A stretch of 64,000 nucleotides of DNA from Monocercomonoides exilis PA203 (taxonomy: Eukaryota; Protista; Preaxostyla): contig LSRY02000072.1 in NCBI GenBank assembly GCA_001643675.2, positions 69,336 through 133,335 of the forward strand. The letters are read 5' to 3'. Shown in pieces: positions 61,000 to 64,000 of this stretch. The translations under genes were made by a program, and so were the position numbers. The notes under the pieces were generated by a model, which had not been told where the DNA came from, did no database searches, and saw only the letters and a list, made by a program, of their open reading frames with translations. Each line of letters starts with the position of its first letter. Position 1 is the stretch's first letter.

Positions 61000-63900
61000 T
61001 CGATTATTATCAATAGCCATCATTCTTTTCGGTTGCATATCTCTCAAAAACATCTTTGTTTCTTCATTTTTTGTCATTAATAACTTCAACTTTGATGTTA
61101 ATCATTCTTCAGCTCATTCAGGTGAAAGTGCTTTGACTGTTGATGAACATTATTTCTGAGGAAGCCAAAGATCCGGATTGCTCCACTTTTGAGTTTTCCG
61201 GATATCCTTCCTGGTGGATGACTGCATCGGATATAGTGAGAATCACAGCTCCTGCTGGAAATCTTTGGATGAATTCTCGTTTCAGTTCGCTCGGTGTTGG
61301 CCTTGCTCCTTGCTTCTCGCTCACTGTCAATTTGACCAATTCACAAAAAGAAGAGCGCAAACTGCAGCCATATCTGGTCTTTCTCCATCACAATCTTCTT
61401 CCCCACCGTCTCAGCCTCACACTCCCAAAACGGGATCTCCAATGTCAAGCACTCTCACAGTGTTATCCCAATAGAGAACGAGACTGATTCTTTTGCTGCA
61501 CCCATGTTCCTGTTGATCAGCAGCTCAGGCGCCTTCCGCCTCAAGCACTCTTTTTTGAAGCTTTCCTCATCCTCAAATGCGTATGATGGCAGAGAGTCAT
61601 CATCATCATCATCACTTGCTGATGTAACAACAGTTGATGACAAGATGGATGATGGATCCAAATCTTGTGAAGAACTATCAAAATGCATCGCAATGCAGAT
61701 CACCATGTGCCCGGAGAACAACACAATGTGAGGACTCAGATTTACAAGAGATGAAAGGGGATTGTCCATTTCATCAAATGAATTAAGTGCAAGATTTGCA
61801 ACCCAGAACAGGATCTGAGCAGCTGTTTGTTCTCTTTCCTTCGGAGTGCCAATTGCCATTTCCTTTGTCTTGTTCCTTCCATGAAGCAGCATGAACAATG
61901 AATCTCTCAGATCCACTATCAGCTCCTCATGTGGGGATGAACAAGCCATCGCATCCACCAGATTCGACATTGATGAGGTGGTTGGGCACAGATCTTCCCC
62001 TCGACAAATGTCGAATTTGAATCAATCGTTGAAGTTGATGAAATGGATGGTGATGGCGTTCTCTTCCTTGTCTCTTCTTCAACAACCTTTTCCAGCATCC
62101 ATTGAGGAATCTTGTCTGAATCCCTCCCCAGAATGAATTCTGTTGGTCAACTTTCACTCAACAAATGCTCTGATGACTCTGAATGACCCAAGCTTTTCTC
62201 ATATATTCTCTTCTTCATCCTCTCTTCATTCTTCGTCTCTGCCTCTCTTTCTGCTCTTCTCCACTGTGCCTCAGGTAACATCTCCATCGTCACCATCTCA
62301 ACCATTTTCGGATACTTTTTCACTTCATCGTTCACAATCTCTCTCACATCTTTATTCTCATTCTTTGCTCTTCTCCATCGAACTGCCAAAACAACAGACA
62401 CAATAAGAACGATCAACAGAATAACAACGAGCACAATCACAATGATTGTCCAAATCGATTTTCCTTCTTTTCCGCTTTCAACAGATTTTTCATCTCCATT
62501 TGCCTGACTTTCACTTCTGTTCTTCAGAATGAAAGAGTTTGTTGATGAAGGAGAATCAGCATTCCCAAAAAGATATGCACGCTCATTTCTATTTCATTTC
62601 CACAACTGCTGATAAGACCTTTTCCCACACTCCCTTCAACTTCCCTTTCTGATAGAAATCCATTTGAATCAAAATCATGTTTTTCAATCTCATTCTCATC
62701 TCCCTTCCTCTTCACAACTGAGAATGACAGATTGCATGGAACAAGTGGCATCATTTTGAATGTCAACTTCATTCTATCTGTTGATTCTTTTGCTTCCACA
62801 CTCTCCAGAACTGGAATAAAGAATGATGAATCTCTTTCAGAAACAACACCTTCAAAACTGCATCCTTCATTCAATATCCAAAGTGAAGTATTATCCTTCA
62901 ATCCATCTCCTCCTTTCAAACTCATCATATTCAATATTTCTGAATCTGAACAGATGATATTCCTTCTCAATGATGGATATTCTTCAATTGAAGGATTGTT
63001 ATTCATGAACTCTCCTTTCTCGATCATGATATTTCCTCCACTCAATGTTATTCCTCCTTCAGCTGAATTCGAGATTGTTGTGTCTTTCATCAAAACAGAA
63101 CTCTTGGCGATATCCACAAGAGATCCTGACCATCTGCACATCTCTTCCACCTTCAAATTCTTCTCGTTTCTTTCCTTTGTCATTCCATCGAAAATGCAAC
63201 TGTCCATTTTCACATCCAAGCAATCCTCCAATTTCATCAATTTTCCTTTTGTGGTCTTTGTGGTTGTTTCTCCCATTGTGCAATTTGTCAACTGTATCGT
63301 CTTTTTCATTGAAAAGCATGACATCAATGATTCTTCATTACTTGCAATTGAGATACTTTCAACCTTTAATCTGTCCATATTCAATTGACCGCATTCATTA
63401 ATATCTATCAAAGAAGTTAAAAATGTTGAACCACAAATCGTGAATAAATAAATTGCTGATGGAAGTGGTGATGAAAGATGCAAAGCAGATTCTTGAAGAA
63501 TGAGATTTGACATTGCATATCCATCAAGTTGTAATTCTCCTTTTTCCATATTTATTAGATGAAATGGAATGTTTGCAAAAGCAGCATTTCCTTCTTCATT
63601 CGATTGTTTTGAGTCAAATGAACAATTCATCATTTCAAGAAGTCCTCCTTCTGGTGATATTAGTGATTCATGAGAAAAATGAAATCTGAATCAAACACAA
63701 AGTTCACTCTCACCAATGAAACTGTTCCAATTGTTGAAATCAAAGAATCCTTTGTTTTTCAATACTTGGTTTCACTTCAACCTTGTAATTTTCTCTGCTC
63801 TTCGAGCTCAAACTCATTTCCTTCAGACTTATTTCACCACCAATCACACTCTCTCCAATAACAATCATTTGACTCATAAAATCAGAAGTCAGATGCATCA

Positions 63901-64000
63901 GTCCATAATCAATTGAATAACATGGAAATGTGTTTGTTCCACATTGCCTCTCATCAGATCCATTAACATTGCTCACAATGATTGTGTCGCTCTGATGGAT
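61000..64000 (-). pseudogene. Disrupted copy of a large multicopy surface-protein family (beta-helix-like ectodomain, single TM, degenerate kinase-like tail); 5' part beyond the window
   Basis: Ectodomain fragments 63740-63976 and 62524-63633, TM IIVIVLVVILLIVLIVSVVLAVRWRR, and a kinase-like C-lobe RKAPELL...SFSIGITL*ECLTLEIPF. Several frameshifts and an in-frame stop. Confidence 0.75.

Noticed and set aside
1-64000. tRNA, rRNA or snRNA genes
   Set aside because: None recognised by eye. tRNAscan-SE or Infernal would be needed to exclude them.

Overview
AT-rich, intron-rich eukaryotic DNA read with the standard genetic code (genes end in TAA, TAG or TGA). The short GT-AG introns, long poly-Ser/poly-Glu inserts and two recognisable multicopy gene families suggest an oxymonad such as Monocercomonoides; this is an inference from style. 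Recognisable genes: CorA-family Mg2+ transporter, CKS1, a kelch/Cys-rich membrane protein, a GSKIP-domain protein, an AIR9-like LRR protein, DUS4-like dihydrouridine synthase, CDC14, an SH3-SH3-SDR fusion, cyclophilin CWC27, an FtsX-like ABC permease and a metallophosphoesterase, plus hypothetical genes and pseudogenes. Two gene-free islands (about 12-14.7 kb and 54.5-57 kb) are filled with TA-flanked MITEs from shared families. Three observations stand out. (1) An 8.4-kb composite (14885-23260) in which a 4.18-kb non-autonomous hAT element appears to have inserted its ends into its own copy. This left a ~4-kb inverted duplication with two nested 8-bp target-site duplications. (2) CKS1 can only be spliced into the conserved protein through a 4-nt exon followed by a 1-nt exon. 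(3) A tandem-SH3 protein is fused to a fragmented, apparently catalytically dead short-chain dehydrogenase. All calls were made by eye, without database searches.
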